Origin: Hamiltosporidium tvaerminnensis FI-OER-3-3
Taxonomy: Eukaryota > Fungi > Microsporidia
Length of the DNA: 64,000 bases
Assembly (NCBI GenBank): GCA_022605425.2
Contig: JAKIMF020000001.1
Span: 1,488,001-1,552,000, forward strand
Direction of reading: 5' to 3'
The position numbers were made by a program, and so were the translations under genes. A model generated the notes under the pieces. That model worked only from the letters and a program-made list of their open reading frames with translations, had not been told where the DNA came from and did not search any database. Every line of letters starts with the position of its first letter. The stretch's first letter is position 1. Shown here piece after piece: positions 12,450-25,955 of this stretch.

Positions 12450-15050
12450 CTATATCTTCGATTCTTGTTATTTGGTTTTTCCTATGTTTTCTCCTGGTAT
12501 ATTTAAAATTCTTAGATTTGACTCTTTTCTTAGGATTTAATTCAATGTTTTTCCATTCTGCATTCTTTGTAAAATCTGGAATTTTAGTTTATGTTTACCA
12601 ATACCTTCTTTCTCGTTGTTTTATGTAGGATGTAAATGTGTATTTTACGTAAATTTCTGGGTCTGCTGATACATTTTTCTGTGTTTTTCCTTGGCTCCAT
12701 CAGCATTAGTCTTGAATCTAATCGTTAAGTCAATTGAAATAAAGTGTTTGACAAGTAGCAATGAGTGACAGTGACTAATGCATGGCTTTGCCATTACTGT
12801 ACCTAAAAGATTCTAAGATATTTCAAATGATATTCTGTTCCAATAATTCTTAATAATAATATAATCAATAATTTGAATGATAAAAGTAGAAAATTTACTA
12901 GAGCTATATTCCAACGCATCTTATTTTCTGCATTTGCGTTTAAAATTATGGAAGTAAATATTTTGTACTATTCTCACGCTCAAACGTCTTTTATTACTCT
13001 TCTCTTTCTATATAGGAAATACATTTGTAATTCAAAAAAATATTTAATTTTATTCAATTACTATTAACATAATTTTAATCATTTTTTTTATTATTTTTTA
13101 GAGTCTACACAATTCAAAGTATAAAATAAGCCTAGGAAACAATTCTCCCAAAGGAGTCCCTGGACCACTTTAAAAGATATTTAAATGACTATCTGTAATT
13201 TTCTTAGCTAAAAAATGAAAATCAAATTAGGAATCTTGTGTGTCAATTTTTATATCCGAAAACCTCCCTAAATCGATCCATCTTATAATCAATAAATCTT
13301 GTAAAAAAATTCTTTGTATTGAAACACCATATTTAATAAATTTTGTTTAATATTTACTTCTTTAACAATAATATACCTTCTTAGGTTGTTTTTCGCATAT
13401 AATTAAATATTTTTTAGATATTTGTGTTTATGATGAAGAAGGCTGATCAAAGAAGCCTATATAATTATTTTTTTGCAAAATTCAGGTGTAAATGTAGACT
13501 TATGGAACGGCTTTCATTGTTTTAAAATAAATTGGCTCTTATTTTTCCATTAGGTTTTATTCTAGGAAAGTTTTGGGCAGAAAAGATCGACATTAAAGCA
13601 ATAAAATGTAAAATAAATTATTCAAGAGACTCTCTTATAATTTACATAATATTTTTGCCAGAAATTATAGCTCTAAAAAAATTCTTCAATGGTATCGCTA
13701 GCTGTGAATCTTCTATCAGGAAGAAGCTGATTTCTCTTGCTTACATCTTTTTCTTAGAACTCAAATCTACAATTATCACTAAATACCACGTTAAAAAATA
13801 TTTGCTTAGCTATTTTTCTATTTTTGTAGCAATTATATATTTTTTTTAAATTACTATGTAAATCGTTTGAGTGATCATCCTCTAGAATAACACCGGGGTC
13901 TTGATGTTCTCTAGAAATTTATTCCATTAAACTTAAACTCCAATGGTTTTTCTTAATATACAAGCAATTTTTTAAATAACAATTGTTATTATTTCTAACA
14001 AATATGTAAGTTTTTGTTTACCTTATCGAGCTGGAGTTTTCCGTTCTAAAAATCTTAATCTCTTTAAATTTCTTCTAATTTTTAGGTGCTTCACAAAATT
14101 ATACATTAGAGAGCTGTCCTTTAATTTTAAAGTTCTTTTTATCGAACATTTATCAAGAAGAATTTTCATGCCAATTCTTTTGCTTCTTTATGGTTCAATG
14201 GTATAATCAAGATTTATTGATGCTAAAATGCCATAATATGCATTTTAACATTCTACTTCAAGAAAAACCTAATGTCCAGGCAGAAAATTCAAAGAAAGTC
14301 ATTTAGCTATCTTTAAAATATGGTATAAGACTCTTTCTAGGTACAATCTTGTAAATTTATAATAGTACGCTGTAAAATTTCTCAATTCTGAAAATAATTG
14401 GGGAAACTATAATTAAAGATTAGATCAAAAATTTTTTTAGCAAAATTCATCAGTTGACACATTATATGCTTATATTGGTCTAAAAAATATACAGAAAATA
14501 ATTTTTCAAATTTAGGTTTTGTTGTAAAGGTGAAGAGATTAACTGATGTATTCTACTCAAACAGATTCACCACCTTCAATATTAAATTTTAACCTTTTAT
14601 TTTACATTTAGAAAAGCCGAATGTTTCTTGATATGTCTTTATTTTATACTAACATGCTAAGAATTGTTATGATTTTTACCTTTCTGAAATAATACTTGAT
14701 TCACGAACATTATCCTATTTGAAGTAATGAGAAAAGATGTTCAAAAGAGTGTAGGAACTAGTTTATTATTTCAGAATTTCCCGGAGATACAACGTTTAAT
14801 ATTGGCTTGAATCTTGAATAGATTTCCCTCTGTTTGGTGAATATCCTGCAAATATCAAAAAAGCGACACAAAACCAAGCTCTACATATATAATTTTTATA
14901 TCACCAATATTTGTTATTCTTTTTCTCGCTTGAATGTAAGATATTTATGCTTATCGAGGTCATGAGACGAAAAATTTTCCTCCCTTGTATTAATTAGTCA
15001 TGTTCTAATTATTTCAGGCCTTATTCATAACAGTTTATGTCTCTAAAAGA
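12450..15050 (-). mobile_element. Highly degenerate Ty3/gypsy-like pol relic
   Basis: Minus-strand fragments KGGK-FRL-(x)DL (~14950-14985) and AWF..FD..AGY-HQ (~14830-14880) resemble gypsy RT motifs in the correct order. There are many stops and frameshifts, and the boundaries are approximate. Confidence 0.45.
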
Positions 15051-15199
15051 ACAAAAAATAAAAATCAAAATATAAGATTCATCCAATAAAATAGAGAGAA
15101 AATACCATCAACAGATTTTATAATAAATATTTAAGTTTGGAAGCTCACTTTAATTATATTTTTCTGTATAAATATACATAAAAAGTAAAAAGCAATAAC

Positions 15200-16155
15200 T
15201 TTTTATATTAGCAATCAAATTCATCTAGAAATATATTCGATATGTATGTTTAATATTTTTTGAAAGCAAGATTATGACTTGGATGTAAATAGATTTGTAA
15301 AAAAATCTGCGCATTCTTGCAAGGAATTTGACATTCATTTATGCTTATCTCATCTGATTTTTTTAATTATTTTAAGTCATACCTTTGTCTTAGTTTATTA
15401 TATTATACACTATAATGAAGTGGTTGTATGCCTATACATATTTTAATCAAATGATATAATTTTAAGTATTAGAAAGGAATTATGAGCTACCTATTTAAGA
15501 AATTCATGGCAAAGAGTGTGCAAAGATATGTGGATACATTGAAATAAAAACTGATGTCCAAATTCGGAATTATAGACCCAACTTAAATATTTTATAAAAC
15601 AGGCAGAAAAAAATAACTCTCATAGAAGTAGGAAACATTTCTAAATATTTACTTCGATTAGTTAACACATAGAAACTAAATAAATATGAACCATTAGCCA
15701 AGGAATTAAGTCATATTCACAATTTAAAAATAAAATAATTCTTTATGTACTAACCTGTGATTGTATTTTTGCAAAATACCATCATATATATCACAAAAGC
15801 TTGCAAAACCTTTGAATCCAGTGGCATTGGATCGGTCTATAATACACAAGAAGAAGATCGAAACAATTTAGATTGATCAAAGAAGAATTAGGGCTCAAAA
15901 GCCGAGGAGAGATATGAAACCAAGCAATAATTTTTTTAAACAAGCTGAGATGTACGAGAAACCAATTTTTCTTTAATAACAAGCAATTAACAGAAAAGAT
16001 TGGATTAATTATACAAAAAAATAGCGTTTCGCTTATTTAAGATAGAGAAGCTCAGAATAAAAATAGATGAAGATTTGGATTTAGAAGATTAATTAAAGCG
16101 GCCAAAAAAATGAAAAAAAAGTTAAAAGTAAAAACATATGTTAACCCAGAATTTA
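15200..16155 (+). mobile_element. 5'-truncated diverged copy of the RLE non-LTR family
   Basis: ATAATGAAGTGGTTGTATGCCTA, AAAACTGATGTCCAAATTCGG and CTCATAGAAGTAGGAA match 10535-10760; ends in TTAACCCAGAATTT like 11300. Confidence 0.85.
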
Positions 16156-16215
16156 TATATTTGGATTTAATCATATAGCTTAAAGTATTTTAGTGCAACT
16201 TTTTGGAATTTAAGA

Positions 16216-16779
16216 TTAGGCATGAATATTAGCTATAGAAATATAGATCTGGAACAGAAGAATAAGAAATAACACTAGTCCTAATAAATGCTTGTATATC
16301 CTTATAATGCTTTTCATGAAAAATATAAAAAATGAAAGGAATAAGGCTGACAGATATATGATGTGCAGTAAAATCAACCACGAAGCTAATTTTGTACAGT
16401 AATATAAATATACTGCGAAAAACACAGCATCAGTTAATGTTATAATTATCAAATATAGAAGCATTGCATATTTTCTTAGAAATTTACAAACATTTTTGGT
16501 ATTCGAATTAGCTTCCGTCTCAATAAAAAATTGTGATGCTGTATCTTCCAATGATGACTCCTGAGATTGCGGTAAGTTGTATATTTCTCTGAAATATTGT
16601 TCCCCGTGGTCCCTATCGTTGCAAATAACGTTAAAATTTTCGATTATTCCACCAGTTACAGGCATTTGTTGAAGATCTTGTTCCATATGCCCATCTGTGT
16701 TGCTGGAAATACTGATAGAATCTCTATCATTTATGTTATTTATAATTACTTTGACTTCAATATGTCGATTTTCTTCCAT
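16216..16779 (-). CDS. Orphan membrane protein (~3 C-terminal TM helices); paralog of 4964-5548
   Basis: 187-aa ATG ORF; HIEVKVIIN motif, acidic/polar middle, three hydrophobic segments. Confidence 0.8.
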   Translation of the reverse strand: MEENRHIEVKVIINNINDRDSISISSNTDGHMEQDLQQMPVTGGIIENFNVICNDRDHGEQYFREIYNLPQSQESSLEDTASQFFIETEANSNTKNVCKFLRKYAMLLYLIIITLTDAVFFAVYLYYCTKLASWLILLHIIYLSALFLSFFIFFMKSIIRIYKHLLGLVLFLILLFQIYISIANIHA

Positions 16780-19185
16780 TTATTTTAATATTTAGACGAA
16801 TATTCAAATATTAATTTAATTAAATGAAATTTAATTAAAAAATTAACAAATGAAGATAATAATAAAAAATGCGGCAAAATTACAAGTTCTGCATGCTTAA
16901 AAATTCGATTCGATTCCCGGTACTTACCCTGTATATTTTTTTAAAGAAAACACTCGATATATATACAACCGTATTCTTTAAAGAGGAATTGTTAGGAGCA
17001 GTAATATTCAAGTAATAGGCGTTGAATTATCTTTGAATCGTGTTAATTTTCCAATTACAACATCTAAAGACGAAAAAAAAATCAGTATCTAAAGAATATA
17101 ATGAAGGAAGCGTAAAAAATAAGAGTAGGCTGGATTTGATCATACTCATTATGTTAAAAAACATTATGAAACTTCTGGAACCTCAGTAGATATATATGAA
17201 AAATTAATTTTGATTATATCCCAAATTTTAGTTATAAATTAAATATCGATGCTAAATTTTATTGTGATTATAAACTCTGAATCATCTATTTTTCCTTAAA
17301 GGAATAAGCCGCAATTAAACCGGCGCTTGCTGGTTTCGAAATCATGTACTAGTTGAATAGAATTATTGTCAGTTTAATCCTTACTCATATGATGGAATCA
17401 TCTATGTGTCTTGTTTCAATCCATCCCTCTTGTTCCATACCTTGACAAAAAGTTACTGAGATTACGTTTTAATTACTAAATTCAATACGAACGATAAAAA
17501 TTCGAGCCTAATTAATATTTTCTTCGACACTTTATGAGCAAAAGCTCATTCCCTATACGTCTTTGCCAAGACTAATGTGATCCTTTTTTTACATATTATA
17601 ACCATCTAGCATTCAAGCGATCGTGAAGCCTTCGAACTTTGGGTTGCATATGCACACTTTAAACAGGACTTTCGATGTTGTTTCAAGATTAATCAGTTTT
17701 CTGAATCCGATTTTTTGACTTCATTACCAAACCTTGTTTCTGATACATTTATTTTGAGATTTCTTTTTAGAAGACTTGAATATCATCTTTATGGCACAAA
17801 TAGCTTTAAATAATTAAATTTAATTCTGTGTTAATCGAATTTGCTCTTTGGCATTCTTTCAAAATAGTCTATTTATCAATAATGAACTTACATTACCATA
17901 TTTCATCAATTAAAAATTCTGAAAAAATATTTACTGATATTCAATTTTAATGTTTAGTTTTTAGGATAGAGACGATTTTAAATGATGTTTGATTTGTCTA
18001 AAAATTCGGAATTCTAAGGCAGAAAGTTTTTATACAAAACTTAATCGATGTGATAAATATATGGCATTGATGGAGGGAAACGAGAATCGCGGTCGATAAA
18101 ATAAGCGGTGCAAACTTTCGTATTTGTTTAAAAACATTGATTTTTTCGGGACTATTTTAAGCGCAAAAATATGCAGAAGGACTAATATGGTTTATTGAGT
18201 AAATAGATAGTTTCCGTATTGTTTTTGGCTGGAATCAGCATCTGTATCGATTTAATCAAATATTTATATTTGACCTTTTCTATATTTTGAGTCGAGACTT
18301 ACATTATATTTTTTTTTCATTTTTGAGTTCATAAATTTTTGAATTTGTTTCCTAACGACTTTTTCTTAACTCTTATCTGCAATGAGGTATGACCTGTTAA
18401 AGTATTTTGTCATAATGTATTAAATTCGCATGCGGTTGTTTCCAGCTTCGAACCGTTTTTTTTAACCTCAGTTTTCTCTATCGTTCAACAAAATATGATT
18501 TATTGTATTTTTGAATTCATTAATGTAGATGTGTCTCTATTTCTCACTGATAAAATTTTTTATTAGATAATTCTTATGATATTTGAAACAATATATGCAT
18601 ATTATGACAATTATGATTATAAAATCAGATTTAAAATTAAAACTAGTTTCGTTTGTTAGAAAATTTTTCTTTAGGTTTTAATTGGTCAATAGAAACGAAG
18701 TTTTATTAGATATCCAAAAGTTTGGTTTAATTCATGTATTTATTTATCTGATTTTGTAATGTATTTTTTTTCTAAGATTTCCTCTCATTTAGCATAATTT
18801 TACGATTTCTCTTGGACATGTGACTCTTGGTTCGGTTTGGCAATTTGCATTTATAGTTATAAAAAGAATTTTTAATTAAACTTTAAACCTTTATTGCGAA
18901 CAAAATATCATTCAGGAAATATTTTATATGGTTTTAAGTTGCTTTAAAAATTTCAAATCACAATTTCGACACTTTCCTTTGATAAAGAAACATATTTCCT
19001 TGACTTAGGAGGAGAATATTTGAATTTAGCCTGATGCTCCCTTTTATAACCCTTATAATTCCTCTAAATACCAACCAACCAATATGCTTAAAAATAATAG
19101 ATTTAATTTAATTAATATAAAATAATTATAGCGCTTTACTTTAAAATTACAAAATTATTAGAAATAAATACTCAAATTTTTTTTA

Positions 19186-21276
19186 CTATAACAATATTAA
19201 CTTATTATCTCTAACAACCCAAATACCAACCTTTTCAAACTCTTCAATAAACAAATCAACATTTTCATTTTTAAATTTAAAAGCCACACAACTTTTTAAT
19301 TCTTCAATGTTCATTTCTTTAATTTCACTTTTCTTGAACATATTAACAACCATATTATAGAATTCATGTTTAGGATGAATAAATTCCTTTTTTTCTCGTT
19401 TTAATACTCTTTTACTTCTTTCCATCAATCTAACCGCTTCTTCTACATCTTCTTCATTTACTATTTGGGACATTCTAAGTCTCGAATGTGCAAGTGAAAG
19501 TCTAATCAGAGATAATAAATAACGAGGTGTAATCATATTATTGTCTTTTCTCTCTTCTACATATATATCACTCATCCTTTCTAAAAGTGAATTCGGAATT
19601 ACCGGGAAAATGGATTTTGAGGCTTTTATTATATTTTGTAATTTTTGGTAATCAACTGTACTCTCTATTTCATTACCCATAAAAATACCAGTAATATGAG
19701 AGGCAAGTCTCATATCGTTCTCTACATCAGGATCGTCTTTTAAAACCACAAGAGCATCAAATCTACTTATCAAGGCACAAGGAAGACCGACATTATGCTC
19801 AACGCTTTTCTTTGTATCATATTTACCTCTTACTGGATTTGCTGCACCCAAAAGACTACATCTAGCATTCAAAGTACAATTTATACCTGCCTTGCTTACA
19901 GAAACTGTCTGCTGTTCCATTACTTCGTAAATTCCCATTCTGTCTACTTCATTCATCTTATCTAATTCATCAACACAGCACACACCACCATCACTTAAAA
20001 CCAATGCACCACCTTCTAATACGGATTCACCCGTAGATTTATCTCGCAACACGCTTGCCGTCAAACCAACACCGCTACTTCCTCTTCCCGTACAATAGAC
20101 ACCTCTTTCTGCTATTTTTATAACCGTTTTTAAAAGTTGACTTTTTGCCACACCCGGATCACCCAAAAGTAAAACATTTATTTCGCCGCGTATTTTCATT
20201 CCATCACTTCTGACATTACAAGGTGCTCCTACCAACATTAAAAGTAAAATTTTTTTAACATCGGAAAGTCCAAAAATTTCAGGAGCAATCGCCTGTGAAA
20301 GTTCTGTTACAGTGAAAGATGGATTTATAGAATAACTTGAAATAATATTTGTATCGGTAATTGAAGAATTATTGCTGTTAGAAATTACTTCCAAGGCATA
20401 TAAAAACGTATCAGTTAAAAGTCCAGCCTTTATTTTTTTATATCCGTAAAACGGTTTCGGTAAAAATATTCCAGATATTGTAACTGTATCACCAGGTTTG
20501 GCTTGATCTGTTGTATCACCGTAACATTCTATTGTAATATTACGAGGGACACATCCCTGTGGCACATCATATGTATGTTCCTGTAATTTGAGTGTCTGAT
20601 ATTTCATAAATTTTGATCCTCTACTTTGTAATGTGAGTGTACCTTTTACCTTTCTAATCTTACATCTTTCAGAAGGACATTCACTTAAATATACAAATGT
20701 ATCACTATTTACCTGTTGATACGTCTCAGACCCACAACTTTCACATATATAAGTAGCAACACGAACAATGGGTTTTACTTGAGAAGCTTTAGTAATAACG
20801 CCTCGTACTTTTATTAACTTACCAATATCGCATGCTTTAATGTGTCGTAAAGGAGATGCAAAAATATTGGATGGCGGGATGAGGGTTATATGATAATTTC
20901 TTAATAATAAGGAAGGAAATACATCGGTAACTTTTTTATCTGGTTGTCTCTCTTTAAGTCGGGCAATTCGATGATACAAAAAAATATCATCTTCATCATT
21001 AAAAAGCACTTCATTTTCATTATAAAGAATATTATCTATTGCTTTATATAAAAGACTGATGTAAGTAAAAGTATTGTTGAGAATTCTGTTCGTTAAATTT
21101 GTATCGTCGTATAATGAAATATCCGTTAGGTGGATTTTTAAATTTGAGGTATTTGTACGAAGAAGTGAGAGATATTTTGGTGTTGTGTCTTCTGTATAAA
21201 ATAGTAGAAACTTGTGTAGTCTGTCTATGTCTGCAGTATAATTTATATCGGTTTGGTGTCTTTTTAGTTCTTCCAT
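19186..21276 (-). CDS. MCM7: DNA replication licensing factor MCM7
   Basis: Zn finger CESC..CPSERC, Walker A GDPGVAKSQLL (Mcm7-type), TGRGSSGVGLTA, VDELDKM, AANP, SRFD arginine finger; CCCC just upstream of ATG. Confidence 0.93.
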   Translation of the reverse strand: MEELKRHQTDINYTADIDRLHKFLLFYTEDTTPKYLSLLRTNTSNLKIHLTDISLYDDTNLTNRILNNTFTYISLLYKAIDNILYNENEVLFNDEDDIFLYHRIARLKERQPDKKVTDVFPSLLLRNYHITLIPPSNIFASPLRHIKACDIGKLIKVRGVITKASQVKPIVRVATYICESCGSETYQQVNSDTFVYLSECPSERCKIRKVKGTLTLQSRGSKFMKYQTLKLQEHTYDVPQGCVPRNITIECYGDTTDQAKPGDTVTISGIFLPKPFYGYKKIKAGLLTDTFLYALEVISNSNNSSITDTNIISSYSINPSFTVTELSQAIAPEIFGLSDVKKILLLMLVGAPCNVRSDGMKIRGEINVLLLGDPGVAKSQLLKTVIKIAERGVYCTGRGSSGVGLTASVLRDKSTGESVLEGGALVLSDGGVCCVDELDKMNEVDRMGIYEVMEQQTVSVSKAGINCTLNARCSLLGAANPVRGKYDTKKSVEHNVGLPCALISRFDALVVLKDDPDVENDMRLASHITGIFMGNEIESTVDYQKLQNIIKASKSIFPVIPNSLLERMSDIYVEERKDNNMITPRYLLSLIRLSLAHSRLRMSQIVNEEDVEEAVRLMERSKRVLKREKKEFIHPKHEFYNMVVNMFKKSEIKEMNIEELKSCVAFKFKNENVDLFIEEFEKVGIWVVRDNKLILL

Positions 21277-21689
21277 TATGGGGCTGATTTAAGTGGTTTT
21301 TTAATTGAAAGAAAAATTTTAAATTTTTTTTTAAAAAGTTGAATCGACAGGGACTTACATATGTGTGATTAAAGTAATCTATTAGTTTATAAGAAAAATT
21401 TATAATTTTGTAGAACCAATGTGCAATATATGTAATTACTGATTGCAATAAATTATTCTATAATTTTCTTCTACTTTTGTAGTACTAAATACACCAATGG
21501 AATATTTTTTGGTACAAATTAAAAGATTTATTGAAATAAGCTAAGAATAAAAAGAAGAATTTATATCTTAGAATATAAATCAGAAAATTGTTGAAAAAAA
21601 TATTAGAACTAAAGAGAGGATTTACTTAAATATATGATGATGAAGATTCAATATTTTTCAATTTCGTTAAATGATCTTAATTTACATTT

Positions 21690-24600
21690 TTGTAATTCTT
21701 AAATATATATTTGATACCAGGAAAATAGGTAGAAAGATAAAATCAACAGCGAAAAAATAAAGTCTGTTAACAACTCGGAAACTAGTTTAGGAGAAATAAA
21801 ATATGTGATATATAAGTAGAAAAAATATCCGAGAGGTTTGCATCGCATCCGATCATCCATACCAGTACAAATTACCATCGAGCACTACTTACTCGGCTAC
21901 TCCAATCTACTCGCTTGAAACCATACCTTCTTCTTCTTGCCCCAATTTGTCTGCATGTAAACCAGTCAACATCATGAAAAGCTTCAATAATGCTGCTGTT
22001 CCGAAAAGAAATCGACTCATAGTATTACATTCAATACTTGACTCAGTCAAGGTCGTAGAGAATAGCATAGATCTGTCATTTTAGCAGTGAAAAAGAGATT
22101 TAAGAAGACGCTTAGAAATGGCTGGTCTGCATTTCTTAAGTACTATAATAGAAAATTTCGCCGCACTGTGAATAATTTTGTGTTAAAAAAATCAACACAA
22201 AATGAGGCAGAAAATGAAATAAAGCAAGAAGAGTTTGGAGATCGACGTAGAATTTCTACTTATTGCACCGAGCAATTTTCCTTAACTGTCACAACACTCT
22301 GTATTAACCCGATAGAGAAGTTCATATGTGAAATGAAGAAAATCTCGGAGACGGAAATCAGGGATGTGGGTGTTTTAACTAGAAAATTTCTAATGAATTG
22401 GTGCAAAGTGAAGTTTTAACCAAATTAATGGAATCTTGGGTTAATTTGCTGAATCTCAGGTATATAAGACTTTTACTGATGCATCTCGAATCATACAAGC
22501 GGCCCAGGCATACCATGACATGTTACCACACGCTGAAACAACAATGATCTATGGTAGAAACATGCAAAGTAAAATTTCTAAGCTAGTACTTTTAAATATT
22601 TTTCTGAAAAAGCTCATAAGCAAGAAAAGCTCTTCGATTCAGATGCAAAAAGCCTTAATATAATCTTTTAACTTTAAATTTAAACTTTAGCAGTGTAACT
22701 AGTCTTTCTGAAGCTTTTTTTAAGAATTATAAGTCGTGGAATGTCTATGCGTAAAAAATTAAGAGTTATTAAATTGGGAAGCAATTCCGAATATGGAATC
22801 GTATGTTTAGGTTATTCCGAGTACATAATATTCCTGGTTTTTTGAGGGCTTTTAATCTAAGCATGATGTGAATCGTGAAAATTTCATAATTATTGTCTGT
22901 AAGGTAGAATAAAAATGATAAAGTGGATACTATGATGTCTATTAAATAAGATTTATGTCATATACTTATCAGACTTCGTTTTTTCACTTAAAGAGTTTGT
23001 AGGAATTGAATTTAGGCTTTCTTAAAGAAAATTTTTTAAGGATTCTATGGTATTCATAAATTTACATCAAAAAACTTACGATTTTCTTTAATATCTTTAT
23101 GACATTGACAAAAGCATATGGTCATAAGGTACACCTCAAGCTGATTCGTTTATCTACAGGCTTGCATATTTGATTATATATGGAATTTCGCGAAGAGGCT
23201 CTGACTACAGGTCAATCACTTGTATGTCCAGCCTCTATAGTTAAAGACAGAATGTATTGCGAAGATTATACAGCTTGAGGTGGAAAGACGAGGTTTGGTT
23301 TTAGATAATCAGTGAAAAACGATTTGAAATCTACAAGGAGCGAAAGAGTGGGCGTTGGTACTATTTTTTAATAAATAGTGTGAGAACAATCTTGTGACAA
23401 CGTAGATTGATGCCAGAAAAACTTAGGATCCAATAGATCATGCTTTTTTGACTCGGTGCATCGAAAACCTTAATTTTTCTGATTGAATTCTAAAAGTTTT
23501 GTAGGTAATAATATCAAAATGGAAAATTGATATATCAGTAGGGCCTGAAAAATCATAAACAAAAAGATTGAGAGAAGGAAACTGCAGGGCAATAGTTTGT
23601 CATTATTGCTATTTGGGTTGTATATGGATTTTTTAAGCTGAAAGTTTAATGATAAATATATAAAGGTGACAATACATGATCAAGCAAGTTCTAACTCCCA
23701 ATCCACTCCATGTTTATTGATGCTCTTAAGTTTTCGGAACAGAAAGCTTACCCTTGGTTCTAGCGGGTTAAGTAAAATAATTTTTAACAGGTATTTGGAT
23801 TAGAAATTCACAAAGAGAAGTCAGGCACAAATTATGCGTACTGGAAAGATACTGCTACTCTTCTGGATGTATTTTTCTTTCTAATATTTAGGAATAATAG
23901 AAGATTACAGAGGAATTCCAACGAGTAAGTCATTTGATGAAGTACAGAGCAAAGTGATATCGAGAGTTGAAAGACTTTGTTCCATTAGATCAAACACAAA
24001 AGATGTATTTTCTACAAATAATTAAGATGCAATATCATGTATCAAGTACCACATAGGTGTACTTGGATTTTAATCGGCTGCTTCTCTAAGTTAGATGATG
24101 CAATGCGTGCGGCGATGGGGAAGGATATGATACAACTTTCGTCAGAATAATAGAGCGTCTATGCCTTCCTAGAAAAGAACTTCGAAGAGGTTTACCTGTG
24201 TAGAGTTGCGAAGCAAACAAATGCTTTTGCAACTCTTGGATTGTCTGGAAAGAAATAAAGAAATAGCAAATAGATAAACAGCAATCTTAAAAATGAAAAA
24301 TACTAATAAAACCCATCTTGAACTAATAAAAAGCTCTGGAAAGTGTAGTATAGGTTAAAAGAAGAGTTCGCTAAGAATAATTAAAAGAAGCTCGACTTGC
24401 AAAACTATATAAAGAAATAGAAAAACGAAAACTTCACTCAAAGTTATATAATGCAAGAATAAATGAGCTTGTAAGTGTTAGTGGCTCTTCTAGGTGGCTA
24501 AAAAAAGAGAAAATAAGGCCACTTGGTGAAGCATTGTTTTGCTATATCTAGAATAGAAATGCATTCTGGGGTGCAGATGATATGTTTCAATACTTAAATA

Positions 24601-25450
24601 AATCTGCTGACGCTGTAGATCATCTAGCAACTCGATATGAAAAAATACTATACCATGACTATACCAGCGTCATAATGAAGTGGTTAGATGCTTGTCTATA
24701 CTACTTCTAAATTAAAATAAGTTTAAGTCCTTGAAACGAACTAGGAGCAAAACAGTAGAAGAAATTCTCGAAAACGAAGCATGCGGAGATATGAGTGGAT
24801 AATAGTATTAAAATTGATGTCAAGATCCGGAATAATTGCTCCGAATATTTTTTTTAAATAAGAAGAAGAACAAAATAACACACAATGAAGTAGGAATTCC
24901 TTCTCAAGATACTTCAAATAGTTGGAAATGAAAAATTTAGGAAGTATGACCTGCTAAGAATGAGCCGGGTCTTATTTATAAGTATAGTTTGGAAATAATT
25001 CTTTATGTAATACCTTGGGACGGTATTTTGACAAATACTGTAAGTCCCACCCTAAAGACTTCAAATACCCCATGATAAGAGGCATAATTTCAAACGATAG
25101 GAATCAAGAAGACGTTCGAAACAATTTCATTTGATCAACGAAGAAGACTTGAGTCGGGACTAAATGCCGAAGGAAGCGAGGAAAGAGCAGCAATGGGTGT
25201 TATTAAGAGACCGAGATGCATGAGGCACCAAAACCCCCTTTAAATGAAGCGAAGAATGAGGGAGATGATTAAATATTTGAATACGAAAGATATTGCACCC
25301 CTTATTTCAAAAGGAGGAACAAAGTTATAGGAACAGTCTGTAAACATAAATGAAGAGTCAGATAAAGAAAAGACGGTAGTAAAACAGATAGAAAGAAATT
25401 TATAAAAGTCATAACGAGTTTTAACGCATAAATTCAATAAATAAATATAT
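21690..25450 (+). mobile_element. Second full-length but heavily degenerate copy of the RLE non-LTR retrotransposon
   Basis: Colinear similarity to 7500-11330 throughout (e.g. GGCTCTGACTACAGG, GATATATCAGTAGGGCCTGAAAA, CATAATGAAGTGGTTAGATGC, GACTTGAGTCGGGACTAAATGCCGAAG); numerous stops and indels. Confidence 0.92.
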
Positions 25451-25882
25451 AACTTCTTATTTTCCTGCAAAATGACTAATTTACTACCAAAAAGAGCGGT
25501 TTCATTAGAAAAAAACATAGTCATATTTTTTTTCAGGCTCTATATGTTTTAATAGTTGTGACTTCTGCTATATTTTACTTTTGGCCGAGAGTGAAATCCA
25601 GCACCTGGATGTCATTTTAAAATACGTTTGCATACTTTGAATGCCTTGGGAAGTATAGTGAAGGGCCATAATCAATTAAGTAAATCACGAACGATTACAA
25701 AAACTGACTATCGTGTTACAAAATATATTTCCTCGAAAATTCAACAGATAGTGAAAGATTTATTTTTTCGACGAGCAAGTCATGTTAGTTGGCCAGGAAT
25801 TCCACGTGTTAAATCTTCTTTCAGCTTTAATCTTTTGATGTCTATAATCTAAATAATTTATAATCCGGTTGGTCATTAATTA

Positions 25883-25955
25883 GGGGATTTAGCTCAGTTG
25901 GTAGAGCGTTTGCTTCGCAAGTAAAAGGTCCTGGGTTCAATTCCCAGAATTTCCA
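25883..25955 (+). tRNA. tRNA-Ala (CGC)
   Basis: 73-nt cloverleaf: acceptor GGGGATT/AATTTCC, D arm GCTC-AGTTGGTA-GAGC, anticodon arm TTTGC-TTCGCAA-GTAAA, T arm CTGGG-TTCAATT-CCCAG, G3:U70 alanine determinant, followed by TTTT. Confidence 0.96.

Noticed and set aside
17290-17800. Slightly GC-richer stretch resembling a decayed transposase (similar stretch at 50400-51300)
   Set aside because: Could not assign any motif reliably
25450-25883. Retrotransposon targeting upstream of the tRNA gene
   Set aside because: The gap is ~430 bp and none of the other copies is near a tRNA
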